Part shown: one piece after another, positions 7,951 through 17,764 of the stretch | Position numbering within the stretch: the first letter of the stretch is position 1 | How the letters are laid out: each line of letters opens with the position of its first letter | Assembly (NCBI GenBank): GCA_964482515.1 | Contig: CAYZXT010000001.1 | Span: 169,373-233,372 of the forward strand | Reading direction: 5' to 3' | DNA length: 64,000 bases | DNA from: an uncultured Elusimicrobia bacterium | GTDB lineage: Bacteria > Elusimicrobiota > Elusimicrobia > FEN-1173 | Made by a program: the position numbers and the translations under genes | Notes under the pieces: generated by a model | Told to the model about the DNA's origin: nothing | Seen by the model: the letters and a program-made list of their open reading frames with translations, nothing else | Database searches by the model: none

Positions 7951-9408
7951 TTGATGCAGGGCCGTAGGCATGGTATTAGTAATCGTATCCAAATGATCTT
8001 GCGGGAGATACCCATTAATCGATTGTTTTCGGCCAAACGCGGGCGATTCCGTTATCTGACGGCGTCGCTCGTTTTTTTTGCGGGCGCCCTCCATGCCGCT
8101 TCCCCGGGAGCGGACAGCTTTTCGTTCCTGAACATCTCGCCCTACGCCCGCTCCGCTGCTTTGGCGGACGCGACTTCCGCCTACGTCGGCGATACCTTCT
8201 CCGTTTATTCCAACCCCGCGGGCCTGGCCCACCTCCAGGAAAAATCCGCTTCCATCAACCACGTCAGCCATTTCCAGGGCGTGGCCTACGACAACCTAAC
8301 CTATATAATGCCCTACGGCCGCGGCGGGGTCGGCGCGAGCCTGGGTTACCTGCGTTACTCGGACATTCCCAAAACGACGTTCAATCCCTCGGCGACGGCC
8401 ACGGGCGCGGACCGTTTCACCCAGTCGGGCGACATCGACGCCGGCGACTACGCCGCCTCGGTCGCCTGGGGGTTCCGCCATAACAGCAACCTCGCGCTGG
8501 GGGCGAACTTCAAGCTCGTCCAGGAAACCCTGGACACCAAATCCTCCGTGGCCGCGTTGTTCGACGCGGGGGGGATCTACCGTTTTCCGCTCTACCGCCA
8601 GTGGCGCGCGGCCGCCGTGCTGCAGAACGTGGGCTACGCCACCAAATTCATTTCCGAGACGCCCGACGTCCCGACCCGGCTGCGCGGCGGGCTCTTCTAT
8701 TCTCCGGAGATGTGGGCCGACTGGTCGGGGGAACTTGTCTATAACCTGCACGGGAACCCGGAGGTCGCCCTCGGCGGGGAATTCAGTTGGCAGCAGACGG
8801 CTTTCCTGCGCGCCGGTTACCGCTACGGTTTCCGCGATGCGAAGCTCGGGGGATTGACGGGCGCGTCCCTGGGCGTCGGCCTGAAGGCCGGTTCCTTCCG
8901 GCTGGACTACGCATTCCTTCCCTTCGGTGATTTGGGGGATTCGCACCGGATCTCCCTCGGCTGGAGCTTCGGCTCGCCTCGGACCGGCCGTGCCGCCGCG
9001 GAGCTGAAGCGCCCCATCGCGGTTTCCGAATTCGAGGCTGAGAACGTTTCGCTCGAGGACGCCCGGACCGCCGCGGGCTATCTGCGCATGGAACTGGAGC
9101 GCAGCAGCCCCTTCCGCGTCATGAACGTTTACGAGATGCGCGGCACCCTGGCGCGCAAGGCGTTTTCGCCCGCGTCCTGCCCCTCGCCGGACTGCGCCGT
9201 CAGGATGGGCCGGGCCCTCAACGTCGACAAGTTGATCGTGTGCAGCCTGGCCCGCCGCAACGAAGGTTTCTTCATCACGGGCGATCTGGTGGACGTCGGC
9301 ACGGGCACCGTGGAGAGACAGGAAACGATCGCGATCGCCTCCGCGGACCAGCTTCCGACGGCGTCGCGCGACCTGGCCAAACGATTCTTTCCGCCCGTTG
9401 TCAGATAA
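7951..9408 (+). CDS. Outer-membrane beta-barrel protein (PorV/UPF0164-like N-terminal barrel) fused to a C-terminal ~130-aa periplasmic alpha/beta module
   Basis: Signal peptide (RFRYLTASLVFFAGALHA/AS). Barrel with alternating amphipathic beta-strands and a C-terminal aromatic residue before a linker. The first residues of the mature protein (SFLNISPYARSAALADATSAYVGDTFSVYSNPAGL) recall PorV/FadL-type barrels. The true start is probably downstream of 7951 (ATG 7993 or TTG 8023). Confidence 0.6.
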   Translation: MMQGRRHGISNRIQMILREIPINRLFSAKRGRFRYLTASLVFFAGALHAASPGADSFSFLNISPYARSAALADATSAYVGDTFSVYSNPAGLAHLQEKSASINHVSHFQGVAYDNLTYIMPYGRGGVGASLGYLRYSDIPKTTFNPSATATGADRFTQSGDIDAGDYAASVAWGFRHNSNLALGANFKLVQETLDTKSSVAALFDAGGIYRFPLYRQWRAAAVLQNVGYATKFISETPDVPTRLRGGLFYSPEMWADWSGELVYNLHGNPEVALGGEFSWQQTAFLRAGYRYGFRDAKLGGLTGASLGVGLKAGSFRLDYAFLPFGDLGDSHRISLGWSFGSPRTGRAAAELKRPIAVSEFEAENVSLEDARTAAGYLRMELERSSPFRVMNVYEMRGTLARKAFSPASCPSPDCAVRMGRALNVDKLIVCSLARRNEGFFITGDLVDVGTGTVERQETIAIASADQLPTASRDLAKRFFPPVVR

Positions 9409-9435
9409 GCGGCTTTTTGGTTAGATAGTCTCGCG

Positions 9436-12207
9436 ATGCAGGCCACCGAAACCGTTCCCGAACGCCATCCTTCCAATTACTTAGCGGATTTTTTTTCGCG
9501 CCTGGTCGGCTACAGCCTTCCCGTCGTTTATTTCCTCGTCACCGTTTCCTTCTATTTAAGGACCTACGATTCCGCCCAGATTAAAATCACCCTGACCCAG
9601 ATCGGCTGCACCATGGTGATCCTGTTTTGGTTCGCCCAACTAATCCTGGAAAAGCGCTGGCCGCTCCGGAAGGACGACCTGCTGCTCGCCGCGCCTTTCC
9701 TGGCGTCGCTGCTTTCGGGCACGGTATCGTTCCTGCAATCCTCTTTCCTCGCCGGCAGCGTGGACGAATACATCCGCCGCGTGCTTTACGTGTTCATGGC
9801 CCTGATCGTCATCGTCGAGTTCCGCGGCTGGGACCGCCACCGCCGCCTCATGCGCTGGTTCCTGGCGGCCTTCGGCGTGGTGGTGTTCTACGGGTTCGTT
9901 CAGTTCTTCGACACGCGGCTTTTCCCGCCGGGCCAGGGAATGGGCATCGATCCCTTCGTCTGGCGCTACGCCTTCGGGCTGCGTCCGTTCTCCAGCTTCG
10001 GCAACCCCAACTTCTACGGCAATTTCCTGGTGCTGATCACGCCCATCGTGCTGGCGATGTATCTGAGCCGGGGCGGGCAGATCCTGCGCCCCTACGCGCT
10101 CATCGGCCTTTTGATCTTTGTGGTCTTCGGCACGGACAAACTCTTCACGGGCGTATTCGGCAGCATCGACGCCGCGACGCGCGTTTGGATCGAGGTCGGC
10201 CTGGTCGCGGGCCTGGCCCTCTCGGCCGGTCTGGTGTGGTGGAAGACGCCGGGCGCCGGCGCTTCGGGCATGCTGATCTTCCTGGGCGCGCTCTTCGTCA
10301 ACCTGTACGCCACGGAAACAAAGGGCGCCTGGCTGGGTTTCACCGCGTCCCTGATCGGCACCACGGTCCTGGTCGGGTTTTTCTTCCTGGGGGAGAACGC
10401 GGGCCGGCTGGCGAAGCGGCTGTTCGCCGTGGCCCTCATCGCCGCCGTCGTCGGCGCGAGCGTGGTGTTCTATTATTCGCGGCGCCGCATCAATTCCGTC
10501 AACTTCCGGATCTTCACCTGGATCGGGACCTGGGAAATGATCCGCGACCAACCCATCCTCGGCACCGGCATCGGATCGTTCAAGTGGACCTATCCGGCCT
10601 ACCGCCGCCCGCAGATCATCCAGATCGAAGGGAAGTCCAACACCGAGACCGACCACGCGGAGGACGAGTACCTCGAGGTTTGGTTCGACGAAGGCATCGT
10701 CGGCATCGGGATTTTCTTCTGGCTGATCCTGATGGTGAGCGTGTTGGGCGTCCGCGCCCTCAAGACGCTGACCAAGCAGACGGCCCAGGGGCCGCCCGGG
10801 ACCAAGCACGGCGAGCGCGCTTTCAGCATCCTGGCGTTCCTGGCCGCCTACTGGGGCGGGCTCGTGCATTGGCTGATGGACGTTTCCATCCGCTTCGTTT
10901 CATCGGGCATTTATTCGTTCCTGTTGCCCGGCCTGGTGGTGAGCCTCGCGCGCAACCGTATCCCGGTGCGGCAGGACCCGCCTTCCTCCCTGGACCGTTG
11001 GGTGCGGCTCGGCCTCGTGGTCTTTTGGGCCGCGACGCTGTTAAGCTTTCAGATGAGCTTCGTCCCCGTGCTGGCCTGCTGCGGCGCCCTCTGGCTGCTG
11101 GGGGAAGTGCTGGAGATCCGCCTGACGCCCGAAGCCGCGTCCCCGTCCGAGACCGCGCCGGCGTCCGACCTTTTGCAGGAGGGACTGCGCGCCACGCGGG
11201 TTTGGCAGTTCGCCGCCATCCTGGCCGTGGCCGCGCTGTGGGGCTACGGGTTCAACGTGTTCCGGAATTTCTTCATGGCCGACGTCAACCACAACATCGC
11301 CATCTTCTTTTCCAAGCAGGGCATCTGGGCCAAGTCCCCCGAGTTCGACGCCGCCGTGGCGGGCTTTCCGCCGGACATGCAGCGCGAGTACAAGGACATT
11401 GGCGGCGCCGTCGAGCATTACGAAACCGTGGTGCGGCTGAACCCCTTCTTCCCCATGGCGCGCTATTTCATCGGCAACGTCTACAACGACTGGGGTTCGA
11501 CGGTCTATTCCCAAAGCGTGGACGCCCGCCAGAAGGGCAACACGGCCCAGGCCGACGCGCTGCAGAAACGGGCCGAGGACATGTGGCGCAAGGCCATCGC
11601 CACCTACGACCGCGTAAAAAAGTTTGCGCCGAACTATGTCCAGACCCACCACCAGGTGGGATTGGTGTATCTGAAGATGGGCGACATGGCGCGCACGCTC
11701 GGCCAGGAGGACAAGGCGAAAGAGCATTGGGCGAACGCCCTGAAAAATTTCGAGCTCTACCGCCAGCTCGACCCCGTCTTCCCGCCGAACCATTACCGCA
11801 TGGCCTACGTGCACTATTCCCTGCAGGACTACGATAAAGCCGAGGCGGCTTACCTGGGCGCGCTTCCCTACAACAAGATGACGCCGGACCGCAACGCGGA
11901 AACCTATTCGAACCTCGGGCGGCTGGCCTACATCCAGCTGGCGAACAAATATCCCAACGCGAAGCAATGGCCGAAGGATTCGCCGGAATTCAAGAAGACG
12001 ATCGAGTATTACAAGCTGGCCGTCTCGGAAGCCGAACGGGCCCAGGGCGTCAACGGCTCGGACCGCTGGGCGATGGATTCATTGAAGGGGATGGCGCTGC
12101 TGTACTCGCGGGCGGACATGGAGAAGGAAGCCGTTGAGATTTGGCACAAGATCCGCGCCCTCAACCCCGAGGACCCGGATGTGAAGAGAGTCTTCGGCAT
12201 CAAATGA
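9436..12207 (+). CDS. Polytopic membrane protein with Wzy_C (O-antigen ligase/polymerase-like) domain and C-terminal TPR repeats (paralog 1)
   Basis: About 12 TM helices. Conserved SFGNPNFYGNFLVLITP loop motif typical of Wzy_C/WaaL/PglL-type proteins. C-terminal ~330 aa are TPR-like (GNVYNDWG..., VGLVYLKMGD..., MAYVHYSLQDYDKAEAAY...). Confidence 0.75.
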   Translation: MQATETVPERHPSNYLADFFSRLVGYSLPVVYFLVTVSFYLRTYDSAQIKITLTQIGCTMVILFWFAQLILEKRWPLRKDDLLLAAPFLASLLSGTVSFLQSSFLAGSVDEYIRRVLYVFMALIVIVEFRGWDRHRRLMRWFLAAFGVVVFYGFVQFFDTRLFPPGQGMGIDPFVWRYAFGLRPFSSFGNPNFYGNFLVLITPIVLAMYLSRGGQILRPYALIGLLIFVVFGTDKLFTGVFGSIDAATRVWIEVGLVAGLALSAGLVWWKTPGAGASGMLIFLGALFVNLYATETKGAWLGFTASLIGTTVLVGFFFLGENAGRLAKRLFAVALIAAVVGASVVFYYSRRRINSVNFRIFTWIGTWEMIRDQPILGTGIGSFKWTYPAYRRPQIIQIEGKSNTETDHAEDEYLEVWFDEGIVGIGIFFWLILMVSVLGVRALKTLTKQTAQGPPGTKHGERAFSILAFLAAYWGGLVHWLMDVSIRFVSSGIYSFLLPGLVVSLARNRIPVRQDPPSSLDRWVRLGLVVFWAATLLSFQMSFVPVLACCGALWLLGEVLEIRLTPEAASPSETAPASDLLQEGLRATRVWQFAAILAVAALWGYGFNVFRNFFMADVNHNIAIFFSKQGIWAKSPEFDAAVAGFPPDMQREYKDIGGAVEHYETVVRLNPFFPMARYFIGNVYNDWGSTVYSQSVDARQKGNTAQADALQKRAEDMWRKAIATYDRVKKFAPNYVQTHHQVGLVYLKMGDMARTLGQEDKAKEHWANALKNFELYRQLDPVFPPNHYRMAYVHYSLQDYDKAEAAYLGALPYNKMTPDRNAETYSNLGRLAYIQLANKYPNAKQWPKDSPEFKKTIEYYKLAVSEAERAQGVNGSDRWAMDSLKGMALLYSRADMEKEAVEIWHKIRALNPEDPDVKRVFGIK

Positions 12208-14639
12208 ACCGCCCGCTTCGCCCGCCCGCGATCCTGTTCTGGGTCCTGGCGGCCATGCATCTCGTCTGTCCCCTGCTTTTTTTCACCGACCTCACCCGCA
12301 ATCCCTACATCACGCAGATCGCGCTGCTGAACGGCGGCGTTTGGCTCATGGTCCTGATCTACACGGTGGACGCCCTGCGCCAGGGACGGTTCACGTTCTG
12401 GCGGACGCCCCTCGACGTGCCGCTCGTTTTGTTCTTGGCGGCGGCGCTCCTGTCCTGGGGGTTGTCCTGGATCGACCATCCGCCCTTTCGTCTGCCGATC
12501 TGGAACGAAGGTTCTCGGGTCACGCTTTTCCTGATCGTGAACGGCTTGCTGGTCTACTGGTTTTCCGCGCAGCTGAAGGACCCGGTATGGGACCGGCGTC
12601 TGCGGTTCGCGGTCCTGTTCGTGGGCTTCGCGGCCGGCGGCTACGGCATATTGCAATACATGGGCGTGGAGTTCATCTGGCCCCAGGCCCTCAACCCCTA
12701 CAGCGGCCGTCCGGTGTCCAGCTTCGGCAATCCCAACTTCCTCTCCTCCTATATGATCATGCTTCTGCCCCTCTGCCTGGCCCAGGGCCTCGAGGCGAAA
12801 ACTTCTTTTGAGCGCTGGGGGGCGACGGCGCTCTTCCTGCTGTTTTCCGGCTCCGTGATCTCCACCTTCACCCGGTCGTCCTGGATCGGCGGAGCGGCGG
12901 GCGTGCTGATGTTCGCTTTCTTCGCGCGGCGGCAGTGGAAGAAGCACAAAGCCTGGGCGCTGGGCGCGGTCCTGGCGGCGGTGCTGCTGGCGGGCTTCTG
13001 GCCGTCGAGTCCCCTGGCTGGGCGCTCGACCCGTCCCCTGGACCGGTTGACGGAACTGTACCGCGGCGTCACCACGGAAAAATCCTACGGTTCCTGGCAC
13101 CAGCGCCTGCTGATCTGGTCCTGCGCCCTGGACATGGTGAAGGAACGGCCCATCGTCGGAAAGGGCTGGGGATGTTTCGAGCTCTTTTATCCTTTTTACC
13201 AGGGCGCTTACCTGACGGACGACGTCTTCCGGACCTTCCGCACCCACGCCAACAACGCCCACAACCTCCTCATGGAGTTTTGGTCCCAGACGGGTTTCCT
13301 CGGACTAGGGATTTTCCTGTGGATATGTTTCCTCTTCTTCGAACTGGCCCGGCGCCGGATCCCGGCGGTCCCCGAAAGCGAGCGCCTGCCGGCCTGGGCC
13401 TTCCTCTCGGCCGGCGCGGCGATGCTCGTGGACAATTTCTTCGGCAACGTCTCGCTGTTCTTCGCCGTGCCCGCGTTCCTGTTCTTCTGGATGATGGGAA
13501 GCCTGGGCCGTACCCTCTCTCCGTCGGACGTGCGCGTCGTTCCGTCCCGGGGATGGAAATCGCTGGTCGTTTGCGCGGCGCTGGTTTTGGTTTCGCTGTG
13601 GGGGATCGGCCACGCCTACCGCTACTGGCGGTCGGAGGTGGATTATTTCAGCGGCTTCAAAAAAGCCAAGCAGGGCACGCTGAAGGATTCCATCGACGTT
13701 CTGGAAAAATCCGTGGCGGTGCGCCGCTGGGAAGTGAACACCAACTATGAGCTCGCCAACGCCTACGCCCGCCAATCGCGCTGGGCCTCCGATAACCGCC
13801 TGCCGTCCGAAGCCAAGGCGTACGCGGAGAAGGCCCTCTGGGCCTACGACGAGGCTCTCGCCGCCAACGCGGGGTACGACGAAATATATTTCAACCGCGG
13901 CACCATGCAGAACCATATGGGGAAACGGGACGAGGCGGTGCTGAGCTACCGCATGTCGATCCTGATCAATCCTCTGAACGCCGAAGCCTACAAGGCCCTG
14001 GGGAACCTCTACCTATCGCGCGAGGAAGACATGCCGCGGGCCATCGAGCTTTTCAGCCGCGCGCTGTTTTTCTTCCCCCGGGACCGCGACCTTTGGAACA
14101 ACCTGGGCTTTCTCTACACGCGCTCCAAGGAAAACCAAAAGGCCCTGGACGCCTTCGTCGGCGCCCTGAAGGTGGACCCCCATTTCGACCTGGCCTGGAA
14201 GAATTTCCTGATCGCCCTTCACGCCCTGGGGATCAAAGACCATCCCATGCTGAAGCTGCCCGATCTTTGGGCGGAGATGCAGAAGGCGATTGATCAAAAC
14301 CGGCTGCCCGCGGCCCGCCGCGCCGCCGAAGAGCTGGCGAAGCTTGCGCCGGAAAGCGTGGAGGTCCACCTGCTTTTGGCCAACATCTGCGCGCGGAGCA
14401 ACGCTCCCGACGCGGCCCTCGGGAATTACCGGAAGGTGATCGCCTGGGAGCCCGGCCATGGGGAGGCGCGCCTGAACATGGGGAAAGTGCTCCTGACCCA
14501 GGGCCGGAAGGCGGAGGCCGCGCAGCTTTTCCACGCGTTGTCTCTGGAGCGACCCCAAGACCAGGAAGTCCGGCAACTCCTCCTCGCGGCCGGTCCCGCC
14601 GCCTTGCCTTTACAGCCCAAAAACGATCTAGTAGAATGA
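12204..14639 (+). CDS. Polytopic membrane protein with Wzy_C (O-antigen ligase/polymerase-like) domain and C-terminal TPR repeats (paralog 2)
   Basis: ATG 12204 overlaps the upstream stop (ATGA). Same architecture and same SFGNPNFLSSYMIMLLP motif as paralog 1. TPR region (ANAYARQS..., YFNRGTMQNHMGKRDEA..., YKALGNLYL...). Confidence 0.75.
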   Translation: MNRPLRPPAILFWVLAAMHLVCPLLFFTDLTRNPYITQIALLNGGVWLMVLIYTVDALRQGRFTFWRTPLDVPLVLFLAAALLSWGLSWIDHPPFRLPIWNEGSRVTLFLIVNGLLVYWFSAQLKDPVWDRRLRFAVLFVGFAAGGYGILQYMGVEFIWPQALNPYSGRPVSSFGNPNFLSSYMIMLLPLCLAQGLEAKTSFERWGATALFLLFSGSVISTFTRSSWIGGAAGVLMFAFFARRQWKKHKAWALGAVLAAVLLAGFWPSSPLAGRSTRPLDRLTELYRGVTTEKSYGSWHQRLLIWSCALDMVKERPIVGKGWGCFELFYPFYQGAYLTDDVFRTFRTHANNAHNLLMEFWSQTGFLGLGIFLWICFLFFELARRRIPAVPESERLPAWAFLSAGAAMLVDNFFGNVSLFFAVPAFLFFWMMGSLGRTLSPSDVRVVPSRGWKSLVVCAALVLVSLWGIGHAYRYWRSEVDYFSGFKKAKQGTLKDSIDVLEKSVAVRRWEVNTNYELANAYARQSRWASDNRLPSEAKAYAEKALWAYDEALAANAGYDEIYFNRGTMQNHMGKRDEAVLSYRMSILINPLNAEAYKALGNLYLSREEDMPRAIELFSRALFFFPRDRDLWNNLGFLYTRSKENQKALDAFVGALKVDPHFDLAWKNFLIALHALGIKDHPMLKLPDLWAEMQKAIDQNRLPAARRAAEELAKLAPESVEVHLLLANICARSNAPDAALGNYRKVIAWEPGHGEARLNMGKVLLTQGRKAEAAQLFHALSLERPQDQEVRQLLLAAGPAALPLQPKNDLVE

Positions 14640-14697
14640 AAATCGTCGTCGGCGGCCATGGCCGTCCGGCGATAAAATCCATTTAAGGGAGACATCC

Positions 14698-15450
14698 ATG
14701 TCGGGTCATTCGCGCTGGGCGGGTATTAAACATAAGAAGGGCGCTGCCGATGCGAAGCGCGGAAAGATTTTCACCCGGATCGTGCGCGAACTGTCCATCG
14801 CGGCCAAGATCGGCGGCGGCAGCCCGGACAACAACCCCCGGCTCCGCAAGGCCATCGATGACGCCAAGGCCGCCAACATGCCCTCGGACAACGTCAAGAA
14901 GGCCATCGCCCGCGGCACCGGCGAGATCCCGGGCGTGGTGTACGAGGAAGTCTCCTACGAAGGCTACGGCCCGGGCGGCGCGGCCGTTTATCTGACCGGC
15001 ACCACCGACAACCGCAACCGCACTTCCTCCGAAATCCGCAAGATTTTCAGCAGCCACAACGGCAACCTCGGCGCGCCCGGCAGCGTGGCCTGGATTTTCC
15101 AGTTCAAGGGCTATATTTCCGTCGACAAAAAGTCCTGGCCGGACGAGGAGAAACTGATGGGCCTCGCCATCGACGCCGGCAGCGAGGACTTCAGGTCCGA
15201 CGATGAGGAAGTCTACGAGATCATCACGGCGCCCGCCGATTACGACAAGGTCAAGGCCGCCCTGGACGGCGCCAAGGTCCCGATGTCGACCGCGGAATTG
15301 ACCATGCTTCCGAACACCTACGTGAAAGTCACCGGGTCGGAGGCCGAGCAGACCATGGCCCTGCTGGGCGAGCTGGAAGATTATGACGACGTCAAAGAAG
15401 TCTTCACCAACGCCGACATCCCCAAGGACGTCGCGGAAAAAGTTGGGTGA
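14698..15450 (+). CDS. yebC: YebC/PmpR-family probable transcriptional regulatory protein
   Basis: MSGHSRWAGIKHKKGAADAKRGKIFTRIVRELSIAAKIGGGSPDNNPRLR is a highly conserved YebC N-terminus. SD GGGAG upstream. Classic position before ruvC. Confidence 0.92.
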   Translation: MSGHSRWAGIKHKKGAADAKRGKIFTRIVRELSIAAKIGGGSPDNNPRLRKAIDDAKAANMPSDNVKKAIARGTGEIPGVVYEEVSYEGYGPGGAAVYLTGTTDNRNRTSSEIRKIFSSHNGNLGAPGSVAWIFQFKGYISVDKKSWPDEEKLMGLAIDAGSEDFRSDDEEVYEIITAPADYDKVKAALDGAKVPMSTAELTMLPNTYVKVTGSEAEQTMALLGELEDYDDVKEVFTNADIPKDVAEKVG

Positions 15451-16019
15451 AAATCCTCGGCATTGATCCGGGCATAGCAACCACCGGCTGGGGCCTGGTG
15501 GAGAAGACCCCGCCCGACCGTTTCCGCATGCTGGCCAACGGCTGTTTCCTGACGGCGGCCCGCCAACCCATCGCCCTCCGCCTCCAACTCCTCGCCAACC
15601 AATTGCGCGACCTCGTGAACGCCGAGAAACCCGCGGCCGTCGCCATCGAAGAACTTTATTTTTCCAAGGAAAGCGGCAGCGCGGCCGCCGTGGGCCACGC
15701 GCGCGGCGCGATCCTGCTCGTGCTCCAGGATATGGGCCTGCCGATCTTCGAATACAACCCGCGCCAGGTGAAGATTGCCCTGACGGGGTACGGTTCCGCC
15801 GATAAATTCCAGATGCAGCACATGGTGACGCGATTGTTGAACTTGAAAGCCATCCCCAAACCCGACGACGCGGCCGACGCCCTCGCCATCGCCCTCTGCC
15901 ACCTCAACACGCTGCCCCTCGCCTCCGCCCAGAAGCGCGGGCGGTGGATGGAAACCCTTCAGGTACGGGAATCGGAAGAACTCAAACGCCGTATCGAGGC
16001 GGCGCGGGGGAAATCATGA
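15447..16019 (+). CDS. ruvC: Crossover junction endodeoxyribonuclease RuvC
   Basis: GTG start overlapping yebC stop (GTGA). MKILGIDPGIATTGWGLVEK... with catalytic Asp/Glu positions conserved. Confidence 0.9.
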   Translation: MKILGIDPGIATTGWGLVEKTPPDRFRMLANGCFLTAARQPIALRLQLLANQLRDLVNAEKPAAVAIEELYFSKESGSAAAVGHARGAILLVLQDMGLPIFEYNPRQVKIALTGYGSADKFQMQHMVTRLLNLKAIPKPDDAADALAIALCHLNTLPLASAQKRGRWMETLQVRESEELKRRIEAARGKS

Positions 16020-16627
16020 TCGCCAGCATGCGGGGGACGCTTTTGGAAAAGAGGGACGAAGCCGCGGTCGTGGAAGCGGGCGGCATTGGTTATGAAGTCT
16101 CGCTCAGCCCTTCCATCGTCGCGCAGCTGCCGGCCCCGGGGGAAGAGGTTTTGCTTTTCATCGCCGAGTCCACGGCCATGTACGGCGGCGGCACCACGCT
16201 CTACGGGTTTTTGAAGGCCGAGGAACGGCAGATTTTCAACGTGATGCGGGACAAGGTCCCGGGAACGGGCGCGAAAAAGGCCATGGAGTTTCTGGACAAG
16301 GCGTCGAAGTCCCTGCCGGATTTCCGCCGCGCCGTTCTGGACAAGGATGCGCGCGCCCTCACGACCGTTTTCGGCTTTTCGACGAAGACAGCGGAGAAGA
16401 TCGTGGCCGGCCTGCAGAACGCCCTGGGCGACATTCCGTTGATCGCGGGGACCGGGCGTCGGAGCTCATCGCCTTTCGAGGAAACGATCCAGGGTTTGGT
16501 GAGCCTGGGCTACAAGGAACCCGTTTCGCGCCAGGCCGCGGAAAGCGCCCGCGCGGCGCTGGGCGGCGATTCCACCGCTCAGGACATGATCCGCGAGGCA
16601 TTGAGGCATCTTTCAGGAAGAAGTTAA
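16016..16627 (+). CDS. ruvA: Holliday junction DNA helicase RuvA
   Basis: ATG 16016 overlaps ruvC stop (ATGA). MIASMRGTLLEK...GIGYEVSLS...LYGF... and a helix-hairpin-helix region are canonical RuvA. Confidence 0.9.
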   Translation: MIASMRGTLLEKRDEAAVVEAGGIGYEVSLSPSIVAQLPAPGEEVLLFIAESTAMYGGGTTLYGFLKAEERQIFNVMRDKVPGTGAKKAMEFLDKASKSLPDFRRAVLDKDARALTTVFGFSTKTAEKIVAGLQNALGDIPLIAGTGRRSSSPFEETIQGLVSLGYKEPVSRQAAESARAALGGDSTAQDMIREALRHLSGRS

Positions 16628-16633
16628 TCGTCT

Positions 16634-16692
16634 CCCCGGCGAAAGCCGGGGTCCAGTTAGCTTTCTGGATTCCGGCTTTCGCCGGAATGACG
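16634..16692. repeat. Composite REP/BIME-like element: hairpin ccccggc-GAAA-gccgggg, then REP copy 2 (tctggattccggctttcgccggaatgacg)
   Basis: 16664..16692 is identical to 5110..5138. The upstream hairpin core ccggcgaaagccgg is the exact reverse complement of the REP core ccggctttcgccgg. Located in the 81-nt ruvA-ruvB spacer. Confidence 0.65.
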
Positions 16693-16708
16693 GCATAAGG
16701 AAAATTTT

Positions 16709-17752
16709 ATGACTAAAATCGATGAAAACGAATTCCCTCGGGCGGTGTCGGCCGCCGTTCTGCCCGAGGAAGCGGTGGTGGACTCCGCCCTGAGGCCGCA
16801 GTCCCTGGACGAGTTCGTCGGCCAGGAGAAGCTGAAGGACAATTTGAAGGTCTTCATCGAAGCGGCCAAAAAACGCAAGGAGCCCCTGGACCACTGCCTT
16901 TTCTCCGCGCCCCCCGGCTTGGGGAAAACCACGCTGGCCCACATCATCGCCAAGGAAATGGGCGTGAACCTGCGCCAGACGTCCGGGCCAGTGCTCGAGC
17001 GCGTCGGCGACCTGGCCGCCATCCTCACGAACCTCGGCGAAGGCGACATCTTTTTTATCGACGAGATCCACCGCCTGAACCACGTGGTGGAGGAGGCGCT
17101 TTATCCGGCCATGGAGGATTACGCGCTGGACATCATCATCGGTCAGGGACCCTCGGCCAAGACCATCAAACTGCCGCTGCCGCGCTTCACTCTCGTCGGC
17201 GCCACGACGCGCGCGGGGCTTTTGACCGGACCGCTGCGCGACCGTTTCGGCATCGTGGCGCAGCTGGAGTTTTATGAAGACAAGGATTTGCTCCAGATCG
17301 TGAAACGCTCCTGCGGGATTTTATCCACGCCGCTGGAGGACGAAGCGGGCCGCGAGATCGCCCGCCGCTCCCGAGGTACGCCCCGCATCGCCAACCGCCT
17401 GCTCCGCCGCGTGCGCGATTTCGCGGAGGTGAAGTCCGGCGGGCGCATCGACATGAAGGTGACGCGCCACGCCCTCGACGCCTTGGAAGTGGACGCCCTG
17501 GGTTTGGACGCGTCGGACCGCCGCATCCTCGCCGCCATCATCGAGAAGTTCAACGGCGGGCCCGTCGGGGTGGACACCATCGCCGTGGCGGTGAGCGAAG
17601 AGCGCGACACCGTAGAAGACGTCTACGAACCCTATCTGATCAAAGGCGGTTTTTTAGCCCGCACGCCCCGCGGGCGCGTCGCCACGGCCCTGGCCTACAC
17701 CCATCTCGGAAAGACGCCTCCCAAGAATCTCCAGCCGAACGATCTCTTTTAA
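16709..17752 (+). CDS. ruvB: Holliday junction DNA helicase RuvB
   Basis: Walker [19 protein letters not shown], and a winged-helix C-terminus. Full-length RuvB. Confidence 0.93.
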   Translation: MTKIDENEFPRAVSAAVLPEEAVVDSALRPQSLDEFVGQEKLKDNLKVFIEAAKKRKEPLDHCLFSAPPGLGKTTLAHIIAKEMGVNLRQTSGPVLERVGDLAAILTNLGEGDIFFIDEIHRLNHVVEEALYPAMEDYALDIIIGQGPSAKTIKLPLPRFTLVGATTRAGLLTGPLRDRFGIVAQLEFYEDKDLLQIVKRSCGILSTPLEDEAGREIARRSRGTPRIANRLLRRVRDFAEVKSGGRIDMKVTRHALDALEVDALGLDASDRRILAAIIEKFNGGPVGVDTIAVAVSEERDTVEDVYEPYLIKGGFLARTPRGRVATALAYTHLGKTPPKNLQPNDLF

Positions 17753-17764
17753 TTACTCCATCCC

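Noticed and set aside
7597-8271. 224-aa minus-strand ORF
   Set aside because: It overlaps tRNA-Thr (7845..7917) and the signal-peptide region of the OMP gene. No coding signature.
9627-11837. 736-aa + strand ORF in an alternative frame inside the first Wzy_C-TPR gene
   Set aside because: The translation is Arg/Pro/Gly-rich low complexity typical of an off-frame read of GC-rich coding sequence. The frame starting at 9436 has TM helices, Wzy_C motif and TPRs.
16634-16651. Hairpin ccccggcGAAAgccgggg as the ruvA intrinsic terminator
   Set aside because: There is no downstream T-tract, and ruvB follows 57 nt later in the same orientation as part of the ruvCAB operon. It is better explained as half of an inverted REP pair.
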